NCBI GenBank assembly: GCA_049966795.1
Contig: JBMFTY010000002.1
Span: forward strand, 10,874 to 74,873
Direction of reading: 5' to 3'
From: Thermoplasmata archaeon
Lineage (GTDB): Archaea > Thermoplasmatota > Thermoplasmata > Thermoplasmatales > GCA-001856825
Length of the DNA: 64,000 nucleotides
The notes beneath the pieces were generated by a model that did no database searches, was not told where the DNA came from, and saw only the letters and a program-made list of their open reading frames with translations. Of the stretch, positions 17,783 to 26,635 are shown piece by piece (the first letter of the stretch is position 1; every line of letters begins with the position of its first letter). A program made the position numbers and the translations under genes.

Positions 17783-19099
17783 ATGACCGCTAACGCATCA
17801 TCTACGAGAGAAGAGATAATAAAAAACAGGGGAACAAGGGTTCCCTTATGGCTCATTGTTTTCGGCATGGTAATAGGAATGGTACTGGTGAGTCCCTATG
17901 AGTACTCGTGGTCCTTCTTCACTGGCCCACTAGGGAAGGTGTTCGGGGTTGCAGCCACCTCGTATCCCATAAGCACGACGTTCTCAGTGTACATAGTCAT
18001 CCAAGCACTGACTATGTTTCTCTCCGGCAGGTACCTCGACAAGAGAAGGCACCTTACCCCATATTTCATGGCAATTGCCGGCTTTCTGGCAAGTCTCGGG
18101 TGGATACTGAGTTCCTTCACCTCTAAGTCAACAGGTTTGTTATATCTGTATACGGTGTACGGCATAGGGAGCATCGGCGTGGGGATAGTTTACGGAGTGG
18201 GAATATCCACCGCTCTCAAATGGTTCAGGGGGAAGACTAGGGGGCTAGTGGTAGGCACTATAGATCTCGGGTTTGGAGCAGGTTCGTTCGCAATTTCTCC
18301 GCTTGTCCACAGCCTCATAGTGAACTACAGCTATCATGTATCGTTCCTTTATGTTGGCTTAGTAATGCTGATAATCATACCTTTTGGCCTGCTTGTTAGG
18401 TATCCGCCGCCGAACTACGTGCCTTACGGGAAAACATCTGAACAGGCTGAGGCCGTGAGGAAAAGGGTCAAGAAGAGCGGACTTGAACTTAGCCCGTCTC
18501 AGATGGTCAAAAGATGGCAGTTCTACGCAATATACATAGGCTTCTTCTTCATCGCAGGAGCCGGTCTTGCAATTGTCGGAAAACTTGTATCAATCGGCAG
18601 TGCCCTTGGCTTCACTATATCGGCAGTGATAGCAGTCTATCTGTTCCCTCTGTCAAATGGGCTTGGAAGGCTCGTCTCAGGAATAGTATCTGATTTCCTG
18701 GGAAGAAGGGAGTCGATGCTCCTGTTCTTTGGAATTGCTGGAATTGGGCTTCTTGTGGTAGGATACCTGCACTCTTCAGTGGCCTATGTAGCAACGATAA
18801 TTCTCATAGCCTTTGGATGGGGACCGTTGTTCACCCTTTGGCCTGCAATGGTCGGGGACTATTTCGGCCAGCAGCACTCCGGCGGCAATTACGGAGTAGT
18901 GTACACCTCAAAGGCTGTGGCAGGGCTCTTCGCAGGCTATGGGTTTGCGCTGATATACACATCGCATGGAGTTCATTTCTCACTCATACTCACGGGCATA
19001 ATGTCCCTGATCGCGGCGATTATAGGCTTCTCTATAACCGTCCCTAAATCCGCGCAGAAGCCGGCAGAAGCTAGAGAACAGGCACAGCCGAAAGTCTAA
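17783..19099 (+). CDS. MFS transporter (oxalate/formate antiporter-like family)
   Basis: About 12 TM segments with the MFS loop motif LSGRYLDKRRH. I prefer ATG 17783, which has GGAGGA 7-12 nt upstream. The track ORF starts at TTG 17762. Confidence 0.75.
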   Translation: MTANASSTREEIIKNRGTRVPLWLIVFGMVIGMVLVSPYEYSWSFFTGPLGKVFGVAATSYPISTTFSVYIVIQALTMFLSGRYLDKRRHLTPYFMAIAGFLASLGWILSSFTSKSTGLLYLYTVYGIGSIGVGIVYGVGISTALKWFRGKTRGLVVGTIDLGFGAGSFAISPLVHSLIVNYSYHVSFLYVGLVMLIIIPFGLLVRYPPPNYVPYGKTSEQAEAVRKRVKKSGLELSPSQMVKRWQFYAIYIGFFFIAGAGLAIVGKLVSIGSALGFTISAVIAVYLFPLSNGLGRLVSGIVSDFLGRRESMLLFFGIAGIGLLVVGYLHSSVAYVATIILIAFGWGPLFTLWPAMVGDYFGQQHSGGNYGVVYTSKAVAGLFAGYGFALIYTSHGVHFSLILTGIMSLIAAIIGFSITVPKSAQKPAEAREQAQPKV

Positions 19100-19130
19100 A
19101 TTTTTCAATTTTTTATTTTTATTGTTATTT
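19100..19130 (+). terminator. oligo-T tracts after the MFS gene
   Basis: T5 (19100-19104), T6 (19108-19113) and T5 (19115-19119) follow directly after the TAA at 19097-19099. Confidence 0.5.
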
Positions 19131-19166
19131 TAATTAGCAAGATATATCAATTCTCTATGTGATCTC

Positions 19167-19943
19167 ATGACATCGAAAAGGTTGGAAGGGCTTACAGCAC
19201 TGGTAACCGGGAGTTCGAGGGGCATAGGAAGGGCAATCGTGAAAGAATTTTCCAGGGAGGGCGCTAACGTCGCATTGAATTATTTATCCTCCGAAGAGGA
19301 TGCAATCGGTGCAAAACGTGAATTAGAGCATGTGGAAATCTTCAGGGGGGATGTATCGAAGAGGGAGGATGTGAGGTGGATGGTTGAATCCATCAAGAGC
19401 ACCTTCGGTTCTCTTGACATAGTGGTGAATAACGCAGGGATAATGACAACCATGCAGTTCGAGGAATACGACGAATCGAAATTCAACAGGATGGTGGAAA
19501 TCAACGTCAAAGGCCCGATCTACGTAACCCTAGAATCCCTAGAATACCTGAAGGCCAGCCAACACGCTGCCATTGTGAACATCGCATCGAATGCAGGCAT
19601 CGGTACGGCATTGGACGGTACAACTTATTACGCGATGACGAAGAGCGCTGTAATAATGCTAACGAAGAGGCTGGCGTTTGATCTTCGCTCATACAGGATA
19701 AGAGTGAACGGGATCGCTCCTGGATGGGTTGAAACTGATCTCACTACAAAGGGAAGGGATGAGAATACTATCCGCATCTTGAAGGAGAATTTCATTTCAA
19801 AGACCACAACGGGAATGTATGGGAAGCCTGAGCACATAGCGAAAGCAGCTGTTTTCCTAGCGAGTGAAGAATCAAGGTACATGAACGGCCAGATCCTGGT
19901 CATGGATGGAGGAAGGGTTGACAACCTTTCCCATGGTGTTTAA
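19167..19943 (+). CDS. short-chain dehydrogenase/reductase (FabG-like)
   Basis: TGSSRGIGRAI (TGxxxGIG), NNAG, and the catalytic YYAMTKSAV (YxxxK). Confidence 0.85.
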   Translation: MTSKRLEGLTALVTGSSRGIGRAIVKEFSREGANVALNYLSSEEDAIGAKRELEHVEIFRGDVSKREDVRWMVESIKSTFGSLDIVVNNAGIMTTMQFEEYDESKFNRMVEINVKGPIYVTLESLEYLKASQHAAIVNIASNAGIGTALDGTTYYAMTKSAVIMLTKRLAFDLRSYRIRVNGIAPGWVETDLTTKGRDENTIRILKENFISKTTTGMYGKPEHIAKAAVFLASEESRYMNGQILVMDGGRVDNLSHGV

Positions 19944-20020
19944 TCTGCGATGCAAAGCGATTCAACGATTGACGAATGACAATATCGACAACTTTTTAAA
20001 GGCGTAGCAATAAACTCCCT

Positions 20021-20137
20021 ATGGAAAAGGAGTTCGGAATTTCACAGCTGGAAAATGGAATGTTCCGGTGCAATGGCTGCGGCCGTGTACACCGCACGGA
20101 GATAGAGGCGCAGTTCTGCGGCTGCGGCTACGACTGA
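20021..20137 (+). CDS. 38-aa zinc-ribbon-like small protein (below the ORF-track cutoff)
   Basis: My own translation is MEKEFGISQLENGMFRCNGCGRVHRTEIEAQFCGCGYD, with a CxxC...CxC motif. TTTTTAAA at 19993-20000 sits about 24 nt upstream of the ATG, which is leaderless-promoter spacing. Arg codons are CGN, atypical for this genome, so confidence is limited. Confidence 0.4.
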   Translation: MEKEFGISQLENGMFRCNGCGRVHRTEIEAQFCGCGYD

Positions 20138-20376
20138 ATTTCAACTGTCTGGATGAGGCGTTAGCGAACAAAATCCTCCACCTGATCCCCATGCGGAAGT
20201 TGTGCCAGAATTATCTGCATCAATAGGCCTTCCTCAGTGATGGCCTTTGTGATGAATACACCCCGGTACTGAGCGGCTTGGTGTACTAAGCGGACTCATA
20301 AATTTTTGAAATAAAGAGGCGATCTCAACAAGTTCAAAAAATCCTTTAATATGCGTGTGAAGATGAGTGGGAATAT

Positions 20377-21867
20377 ATGGTGGAAGATCTCCTTGAATCT
20401 GTAGTGAGGGAACTGGAGAACAGGAACTTCGAGAGGGCTGCAGTGATGCTTGAGGAAATAGTGAAAAGAGAGCCGGCAAACGTCAGGGCCCTTGGGAACC
20501 TGGCCAGAGCTTACTACGGAATAGGGAAATTCAGGGATGCTCTCAAGGTTGCAAAGAAGCTTGAACTGCTTTGCCCAACGTGCGAGGAAGGTTACGATCT
20601 GGAGGCCATTTCGGTCAGGCAGCTTTCCGGGAGTCTGGAGGAGGTTATAAATGCATACAAAAAGGGATTCGACGCGAATCCAAAGAGCGCACGACTAGCC
20701 CACAAGCTGGGAAAGGCGTACCACGAGTCTGGCGATTTCGAGAATGCGATATTCTATTATTCCACTGCATTGGACTTGGATTCCACGAACGTGCAGTACC
20801 TCCTGGATAGGGCCATCGCATTCATGAGCTACGGCAAGGAGGAGGACGCATACATTGATCTCAGGAAGATCCTGAATCTCGATCCTGAGAATCCAATAGC
20901 AAGGGAGATATTGAGCGAAAGCGTTGGTACAAGGCTTACCGAGGATGACATAAACAGGGGTCTCACCAAATTCAGGTTCACAAAGGTGAAGGGGGTTAAC
21001 CTTTCGATGGTTGCAGGATTGGAAAATCTCAAGAGGGAACTTGTTGAGAAGATAATATACCCCCTTCAATACAGGGAACTTTCATCGAAATACAAGGTTT
21101 CTGCCGGGGGAGGAATCTTCCTGTATGGCCCCCCAGGCTGCGGTAAAACATTCATCATAAAGGCTCTTGCTGGAGAAACAGGCTTAAATCTTCTGGACGT
21201 GAGAATTCCGGAGGTATTGGATAAATGGTCCGGAAATGCGGAAAGGAACATACATAACCTCTTTGAGCTTGCGAGGAGGAACGCGCCGGCCATAATATTC
21301 ATTGATGAGGTGGACGCCCTCGGGGGGAAGAGGGAGGAATCAGTTTACTCTGGTTCAAGGCTTTCTGTGAACACACTCCTGATGGAAATGGATTCCATAT
21401 CCTCTAGGAACGAAAATGTTCTGATCGTTGGAGCCACGAACGCCCCATGGCTCCTAGACCCCGCTGCAATAAGGAGCGGCAGGTTCAGCAGCTTCATCTA
21501 CGTCCCTCCTCCAGACAGGAAGCTCAGGATGGAGCTGTTCAAGAGGTACCTCCGGGGGAGACCTGTAAGTGAAAATGTGGATTTCGAAAGACTGGCAGAC
21601 CTCACGTCCAGCTATTATTCTTCTTCGGACATAGTTGCAATAACGTATGAGGCTGCGAAGATACCTTGGAGAGAGGCAATAGAAACGGGTGTTGAAAGAA
21701 AGATAGGTCAGCAGGACCTTGAAATTGCGATCTCAAGGATAAAGCCCACGCTGATACAGTGGTTCGAGGATGCGGTGAAGTCAGAGAAGTTGATAAGCTC
21801 CGCCTTCTCCGATCTAGTGAAGGATGTTGAAGAGTACAAAAGGTGGAAGAAATCAGGGAATCGCTGA
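20377..21867 (+). CDS. TPR-repeat / AAA+ ATPase fusion protein
   Basis: The N-terminal ~190 aa carry TPR-like repeats (LGNLARAYYGIGKFRDALKVAKK, LAHKLGKAYHESGDFENAIFYYSTAL). The C-terminal part is a CDC48/Vps4-class AAA module (GPPGCGKT, IIFIDEVDAL, SRH region GATNAPWLLDPAAIRSGRF). Confidence 0.8.
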   Translation: MVEDLLESVVRELENRNFERAAVMLEEIVKREPANVRALGNLARAYYGIGKFRDALKVAKKLELLCPTCEEGYDLEAISVRQLSGSLEEVINAYKKGFDANPKSARLAHKLGKAYHESGDFENAIFYYSTALDLDSTNVQYLLDRAIAFMSYGKEEDAYIDLRKILNLDPENPIAREILSESVGTRLTEDDINRGLTKFRFTKVKGVNLSMVAGLENLKRELVEKIIYPLQYRELSSKYKVSAGGGIFLYGPPGCGKTFIIKALAGETGLNLLDVRIPEVLDKWSGNAERNIHNLFELARRNAPAIIFIDEVDALGGKREESVYSGSRLSVNTLLMEMDSISSRNENVLIVGATNAPWLLDPAAIRSGRFSSFIYVPPPDRKLRMELFKRYLRGRPVSENVDFERLADLTSSYYSSSDIVAITYEAAKIPWREAIETGVERKIGQQDLEIAISRIKPTLIQWFEDAVKSEKLISSAFSDLVKDVEEYKRWKKSGNR

Positions 21868-23196
21868 GGGGAAGAAGTGCATTAGGACAAGGAATGCGAG
21901 AAGGAAGGCCACGGAGAAGTAAATGTGCAGGGATGTGAACTGGGCTGTCAGCATGTCAAGAAGGTTCCTTTTCATGTTCTTTGAGTTCCTGGCTATGTTC
22001 GTGAGCCTCACTGCCCAGGGTATGGTGAGCAACGCCCCAAGTATTGGGAAGAGGGTGTGATCAAGCGCCACAGAAATCACAAAGAGGGGATACGAGGCCC
22101 ATATCAGCACCAAGTAGTATACCAGAGACCCTCTCTCCCCTAGGAGGCTTGAGACAGTGGTCACACCAGCCTCCACATCGTCCTTTATGTCCCTCCAGTT
22201 GTTTCCATGAAGGATAGCAACGATTATCATGCCTAGGGAGAAGGAGATCAACAGGACGGGGAGGCTTATCTTCCCACCCTCAAGAACTAGGGATCCAAGG
22301 AATATTCCAGGACCAAACGCAAGGAATACCGCCAGGTCCCCGAGGGCAATCCTCTTGAGCCCTAGCTTTGGAAGACCGTAAAGGAGGCCAGCTACGAGGC
22401 CTATGATCACGAAAGGAATTATCGCAGGCTTCAAGATTATAAGGTATATTCCAATTCCAAGACCTATAAGAAAGACCAAGGTGGAATATATCAAGAAATT
22501 TGACGTCGGGATGAGTTTGTCTATGAGAACTCTCGCTCCGGCGGAGCCCATGCCGTCCGGCTTATCCGTTTTCAGAGAGAAATCAAAGTAGTCACTGAAT
22601 GCGTTGAATGCTCCATGCACGAGGATCAGGGAAACAACCGCCAGCAGCAACAGGTAAAGGCTGTTCCATAACTGGAACCTTGTCTGGAAGGCGACCAGCG
22701 CCCCGAAGATAATCGAGGTGACGCTCTGCTGGAATGACCATGGCCTGAGCGCTCTCCAGTACCTGAATGTCTTTTTCTCCTTCAATTCCTCAGGTTTGAA
22801 TTGAAATTCAATTTTCTTTGGCTGTGCCCTGAAATCGCTCAGTCTTATCACATCAGGCATCAGTTTCGCCAATAGGACATGGCCTGTTTTCACGAACAAG
22901 GAATCCTCTGGTACCTTGTATAGAAGGGTTCCCCTTTCTCTGTCAAAATCCCTTGGTTCGCCGAGAATGGTAACGCTTCCGGAACCCTGGATGAAGAGGT
23001 CAGGCGTGTTGAAGTCAATCGTGAACACCGCATGCTTGTTTTTCAGGATGTTGTTCAATGTTCTGCTGTTCTTCTCCACGAGGAACACAATCCCTCCTTC
23101 CAGTGCGTAGAATACCTTGGCGGACCACATCTCGTCTCCGTAGGTGGAGATAACCATCGTCCTTCCTTTTCTCAGTAGCCTGATGGCGTCAACCAT
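21853..23196 (-). CDS. fusion protein: PNPOx-like FMN-binding split-barrel domain plus UbiA/MenA-family prenyltransferase
   Basis: Residues 1-~130 (GRTMVISTYGDEMWSAKVFYALEGGIVFLVEKNSRTLNNILKNKHAVFTID...IQGSGSVTILGEP) fit the pyridoxamine-5'-phosphate-oxidase-like pattern. The remainder is a multi-TM UbiA fold with Asp-rich motifs NAFSDYFDFSLKTD and NNWRDIKDDVEAG (MenA-like). Confidence 0.7.
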   Translation of the reverse strand: MVDAIRLLRKGRTMVISTYGDEMWSAKVFYALEGGIVFLVEKNSRTLNNILKNKHAVFTIDFNTPDLFIQGSGSVTILGEPRDFDRERGTLLYKVPEDSLFVKTGHVLLAKLMPDVIRLSDFRAQPKKIEFQFKPEELKEKKTFRYWRALRPWSFQQSVTSIIFGALVAFQTRFQLWNSLYLLLLAVVSLILVHGAFNAFSDYFDFSLKTDKPDGMGSAGARVLIDKLIPTSNFLIYSTLVFLIGLGIGIYLIILKPAIIPFVIIGLVAGLLYGLPKLGLKRIALGDLAVFLAFGPGIFLGSLVLEGGKISLPVLLISFSLGMIIVAILHGNNWRDIKDDVEAGVTTVSSLLGERGSLVYYLVLIWASYPLFVISVALDHTLFPILGALLTIPWAVRLTNIARNSKNMKRNLLDMLTAQFTSLHIYFSVAFLLAFLVLMHFFPSAIP

Positions 23197-23262
23197 TACA
23201 TCCGGGAAGTCCTATGCTTTATAAATAGCTACCCTTAATCTTTTTTCCACGAATGCAGGATT

Positions 23263-23640
23263 TCACCTGAAACCTTCCCTGAATATTTTGTCGTAGACGT
23301 TCTCTTCGCTGCCCTTCTTGGTCTTAACTATGCTCTTTATCTTCTCGTCGTTTATGTGCCAGTAGTGGATCCGCCATGTCTTTCCTTTCATGAGGGTCAC
23401 ATCCTCACTGCTTGTCGAGAGTATGCCGGTCTCCTCCAGTGTGTAGAAAACATCCCTGTCCTGTTGCGAAAGAATGTTGTCCACGAGGGTGTCCTCGAAT
23501 CCAAAGAAGCTTAGCACGTAATCCGCCAGCTCCTCAATCTCCCTCTGATTCATGCCGGACGGTTTGAATATTATCTCAAGGGCTGTTATTAGCTCATCCC
23601 TTTTAATAACCGTCATCTCGATTTCATGGTTCAGCTCCAT
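23263..23640 (-). CDS. hypothetical protein (125 aa), probably co-transcribed with pgi
   Basis: ORF with genome-typical codon usage, 13 nt downstream of the PGI/PMI gene. No motif I recognise. Confidence 0.5.
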   Translation of the reverse strand: MELNHEIEMTVIKRDELITALEIIFKPSGMNQREIEELADYVLSFFGFEDTLVDNILSQQDRDVFYTLEETGILSTSSEDVTLMKGKTWRIHYWHINDEKIKSIVKTKKGSEENVYDKIFREGFR

Positions 23641-23653
23641 TCCATATATATAA

Positions 23654-24589
23654 TTATGTTTCCCCTGCCTTCAGGCTACTTTTAAGATCCTCAATGATCC
23701 CCACGTCCCTTGGATCAACCCCCCGCATCTTGCCAAGAAAATAGGAGATATAATCTCCCTTGTGTATGAGAGTGAATATATTCGACAGGTAAGACTCTCC
23801 CTCCCCCCTCACCTCATTGAGCTTGAGGCCGCAGAGCCTGGATGTGACCTCAATCCTTCTCCTGATCGCCTGGGGGGTAAATTTTGTGATTATGGAGAAG
23901 AAGTGAAACTCCTCCTTCCGGTAAGTGAATCTCAGGGGCATCGTATCGTTGTGATTGAGCTCTGGGAAGTTAGCGCTGTACGCAAGTATCTTTGAGTTCT
24001 CGTTGAATTGAGTTTTCCACCTGTATGAGACCGCTTCTGTGTCCTTTGTACCCAAGATCACGGGAATCTTCTTTCCCTGGAATATTTCGGAGGCTGCATT
24101 CTCTAGGTCCAGAGTGTTTCTGTCTATGTCCTGCAATTCCCTTCTTGTCTCGGATACATCATCTTCGCCCAGAATTCCAAAGCCCCGCAGTAGGGGAATG
24201 GTGAGATAACCCACGGCCGACCTGGGCTGAAGCCCAGATGGAATTAACACAACTTCTCCAACAATCTCGCTCAGCTTGCCGCCGGTCGTTACAGCGGCCA
24301 CAGATGCACCCCTTTTCATCGCCTTCTCCGTGGCAGAAATTGTTTCCTCGGTGTTTCCGGAATAGCTTAGTGAGACAAAGAAGGTAGAAGGGCCAACGAA
24401 ATCCGGGATGTCATAGGAATCGACGAGTATGACGGGTTTCCTGCTGTACATCTGAGCAAATATCCTACCCGCTATCCCGGATCCACCCATGCCGGCGATC
24501 ACCACATTGTGGAAATCCCCTCTAACCTTTATTTCTCCATCGAACCCAAGCTGCTTCGAAAGTGAGAGTATCTCTTCCACGTAATCCAT
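23654..24589 (-). CDS. pgi: bifunctional phosphoglucose/phosphomannose isomerase (archaeal SIS-domain PGI/PMI family)
   Basis: 311 aa. SIS motifs VVIAGMGGSGIAGRI and SYSGNTEETISA. The size and pattern match the PGI/PMI family characterised in Thermoplasma and crenarchaea. Confidence 0.7.
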   Translation of the reverse strand: MDYVEEILSLSKQLGFDGEIKVRGDFHNVVIAGMGGSGIAGRIFAQMYSRKPVILVDSYDIPDFVGPSTFFVSLSYSGNTEETISATEKAMKRGASVAAVTTGGKLSEIVGEVVLIPSGLQPRSAVGYLTIPLLRGFGILGEDDVSETRRELQDIDRNTLDLENAASEIFQGKKIPVILGTKDTEAVSYRWKTQFNENSKILAYSANFPELNHNDTMPLRFTYRKEEFHFFSIITKFTPQAIRRRIEVTSRLCGLKLNEVRGEGESYLSNIFTLIHKGDYISYFLGKMRGVDPRDVGIIEDLKSSLKAGET

Positions 24590-24630
24590 GAATGAAGATG
24601 CCTGCCAACGATATTTATCTTCCCTGTTTC

Positions 24631-25368
24631 CTAGGGGGACATCAGATCATGGACCCCTATACCTTTCTTCTCCATTACCCCCCTCAGCGCCTCAATGGCC
24701 TCCCTCTCGTCCACTGCCATTGAAAGGGTATTCTTGTTGATGAAATTCAGCACGACCCTCTTCAGAAGGTCAGTGCTTCTTATCCCGTGAAGATGTGCAA
24801 TCTCCTTCACCAGCAGATCAGCGTTGTTCAGAGCGTACTTTACCGATGCCCTCACAGCTTCCTCCACGATCCCTCTTGTTTCCCTGATATCCCTCCTGAT
24901 GATTCCGCAGTAAAGGGGAAGGGGGAGATTCTCGGTGATGGAGGCCCAGGAAGAGTAAAGATCAACCTTCGGGTATGGAAAGGGGGACGAGAGGATCGCA
25001 AGTCTCGGTTCCAAAATGGCGGGGTAGCCATCCCCTTCCTTTATCGCTATACCGCTCAGGAATATTCTGGCGTATGACCTAGAGAAGAAATCATCCCTCC
25101 GGACCTGAAGTTCTTTGTAACCTTCCACGGGGCTCACAATGACGGGGCCGGTGAGGTAGGAGAAGATGGCTCCTGCGGAAAGTATCACGTAGCTATCTGA
25201 CCTGGCCAGCGCTACGGGGGCCGGAACGAAAGCCACGTCAGCATCCTCAAGCCCAGACATGGAATCAAGGGGATCGCACCTGAACCTCGGGAACGAGGGA
25301 AATATGTTGCCGCATAGTGCATTAAGCATGAAACGATACTCCGGAATCTCAGGGAATTTGACCTCCAT
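24631..25368 (-). CDS. MqnA/MqnD-family (futalosine-pathway menaquinone biosynthesis) protein
   Basis: VDLYSSWASITENLPLPLYCGIIRRD and the C-terminal ASVKYALNNADLLVKEIA...FINKNTLSMAVDEREAIEAL resemble the VitK2_biosynth (MqnA/MqnD) pattern. I chose the start at ATG 25368 (MEVKFPE), because the track ORF start at 25557 would overlap the divergent acd gene. Confidence 0.5.
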   Translation of the reverse strand: MEVKFPEIPEYRFMLNALCGNIFPSFPRFRCDPLDSMSGLEDADVAFVPAPVALARSDSYVILSAGAIFSYLTGPVIVSPVEGYKELQVRRDDFFSRSYARIFLSGIAIKEGDGYPAILEPRLAILSSPFPYPKVDLYSSWASITENLPLPLYCGIIRRDIRETRGIVEEAVRASVKYALNNADLLVKEIAHLHGIRSTDLLKRVVLNFINKNTLSMAVDEREAIEALRGVMEKKGIGVHDLMSP

Positions 25369-25449
25369 GCATTTCAATATCAGGCACATTTTTATAAGCC
25401 TTCCTGGAGAAAACGTTTTAATAACAAAGGAAACTCTGCACCGAGCTAC
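25369..25449. promoter_or_regulatory. bidirectional promoter region (two TATA-like boxes)
   Basis: TTTTTATAA (25389-25397) lies 21-29 nt from the minus-strand ATG at 25368. TTTTAATAA (25416-25424) lies 26-34 nt from the plus-strand ATG at 25450. Both spacings fit leaderless archaeal transcripts. Confidence 0.45.
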
Positions 25450-26592
25450 ATGGATTTCTCGCTGCCTGATGAGACTGTCGCGATTGTAGAGCTTTCCAGG
25501 GAATTCTGCAAGAAGAACATAGAGCCGATATCGGCGAGGATAGACAGGGAGGGTCACTTTCCGATAGACAAGTTCAGGGAGATGGGCAAGCTTGGACTCC
25601 TTGGCCTCACTGTTCCGGAGGATCTTGGCGGGGCCGGAATGAACTACCTGACTGAGGGTGCGGTGCTTGAGGAGATATCCTATTTTTCAGCTTCGCTTGG
25701 GCTATCATATGGAGCGCACTGCAACCTCGTGACGGACAACATCCTCCGGAACGGAAGTAGGGAGCAGAAGGAAAGGTACATCCCCCAGCTGGTTTCTGGC
25801 TCCAAGATAGGTTCCCTGTGCCTCACCGAGCCGGGGTCCGGTTCTGACGCGCTGGGCGGGATGAAGAGTTCCTACGTGAAGAAGGGTGGGAAATATGTGA
25901 TAAACGGAAGCAAGACATTCATCACGAACGCTCCCATTGCAGACATATTCCTCTTTTATGCCAGGAACGGGAAGGAATATTCTGCCTTCATCCTCGAAAG
26001 GGGCGATGGGGTTGAAACCCCGAAGGAGATAAAGAAGATGGGTATGAGGGGCTCTCCAACCGGCGAGGTGCTGCTTCATGGGGTTGAGGTGGGCGAGGAA
26101 AGGCTCCTCAGGGGTGAGGGGATGGGAAGGGAGATCATCCTGAGCGGGCTCAATGCGGAGAGGGCTGTTCTTGCTTTCGGCTCGATAGGCATAGCGAGGA
26201 GAGCCCTGGACGAGGCGATAGCCTACAGCAACCAGAGGGAGCAGTTCGGAAGGAAAATAGGGGAGTTCGAGCTGATACAGGAGAAGCTGGCTTACATGTT
26301 CACCAGGCTTGAAGCCTCTAGGCTTCTGGCATACAAAGCGGCGATGATGGCAGAGAACAGCAGGTCGGATCCCGCATATCCTGCCGCCTCCATAATGATG
26401 GCCTCGGAAACGGCCACGCAGATTGCGAAGGAGGCCATTCAGATATTCGGGGGATATGGATACACAGAGGATTATCCCTTGGAAAGGTACCTGAGGGACG
26501 CAATCCTCTACGAGATCGGTGCGGGGACAACGGAAATAAGGAAGATAGTGATCGCCAGGTCCCTCTTGAAGAATCCACCCCGCGGAACATGA
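25450..26592 (+). CDS. acyl-CoA dehydrogenase (short/branched-chain type)
   Basis: 380 aa. LTEPGSGSDALGG, FITNAPIADIF and the C-terminal QIFGGYGYTEDYPLERYLRDAILYEIGAGTTEI are classic ACAD signatures. Confidence 0.9.
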   Translation: MDFSLPDETVAIVELSREFCKKNIEPISARIDREGHFPIDKFREMGKLGLLGLTVPEDLGGAGMNYLTEGAVLEEISYFSASLGLSYGAHCNLVTDNILRNGSREQKERYIPQLVSGSKIGSLCLTEPGSGSDALGGMKSSYVKKGGKYVINGSKTFITNAPIADIFLFYARNGKEYSAFILERGDGVETPKEIKKMGMRGSPTGEVLLHGVEVGEERLLRGEGMGREIILSGLNAERAVLAFGSIGIARRALDEAIAYSNQREQFGRKIGEFELIQEKLAYMFTRLEASRLLAYKAAMMAENSRSDPAYPAASIMMASETATQIAKEAIQIFGGYGYTEDYPLERYLRDAILYEIGAGTTEIRKIVIARSLLKNPPRGT

Positions 26593-26635
26593 AATTGGAG
26601 GAAAGGTATCGAAATGGTTTAAGTACAATTAATTC

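Noticed and set aside
20234-20479. 81-aa minus-strand ORF spanning the promoter and start of the TPR-AAA gene.
   Set aside because: It is Pro/Ser-rich and low in complexity, overlaps the AAA gene start in antisense, and has no promoter-like element.
25705-26628. 307-aa ORF on the minus strand, together with similar long antisense ORFs at 29497-30096, 32196-32708, 26828-27394, 6399-6830, 39086-39517 and 45029-45463.
   Set aside because: Each lies entirely antisense to a gene with strong family signatures (ACAD, TldD, Nnr, SOD, OFOR beta, PurB, RFC). Their products are Ser/Pro/Arg-rich and low in complexity. Stop-poor antisense frames are expected with this codon usage.
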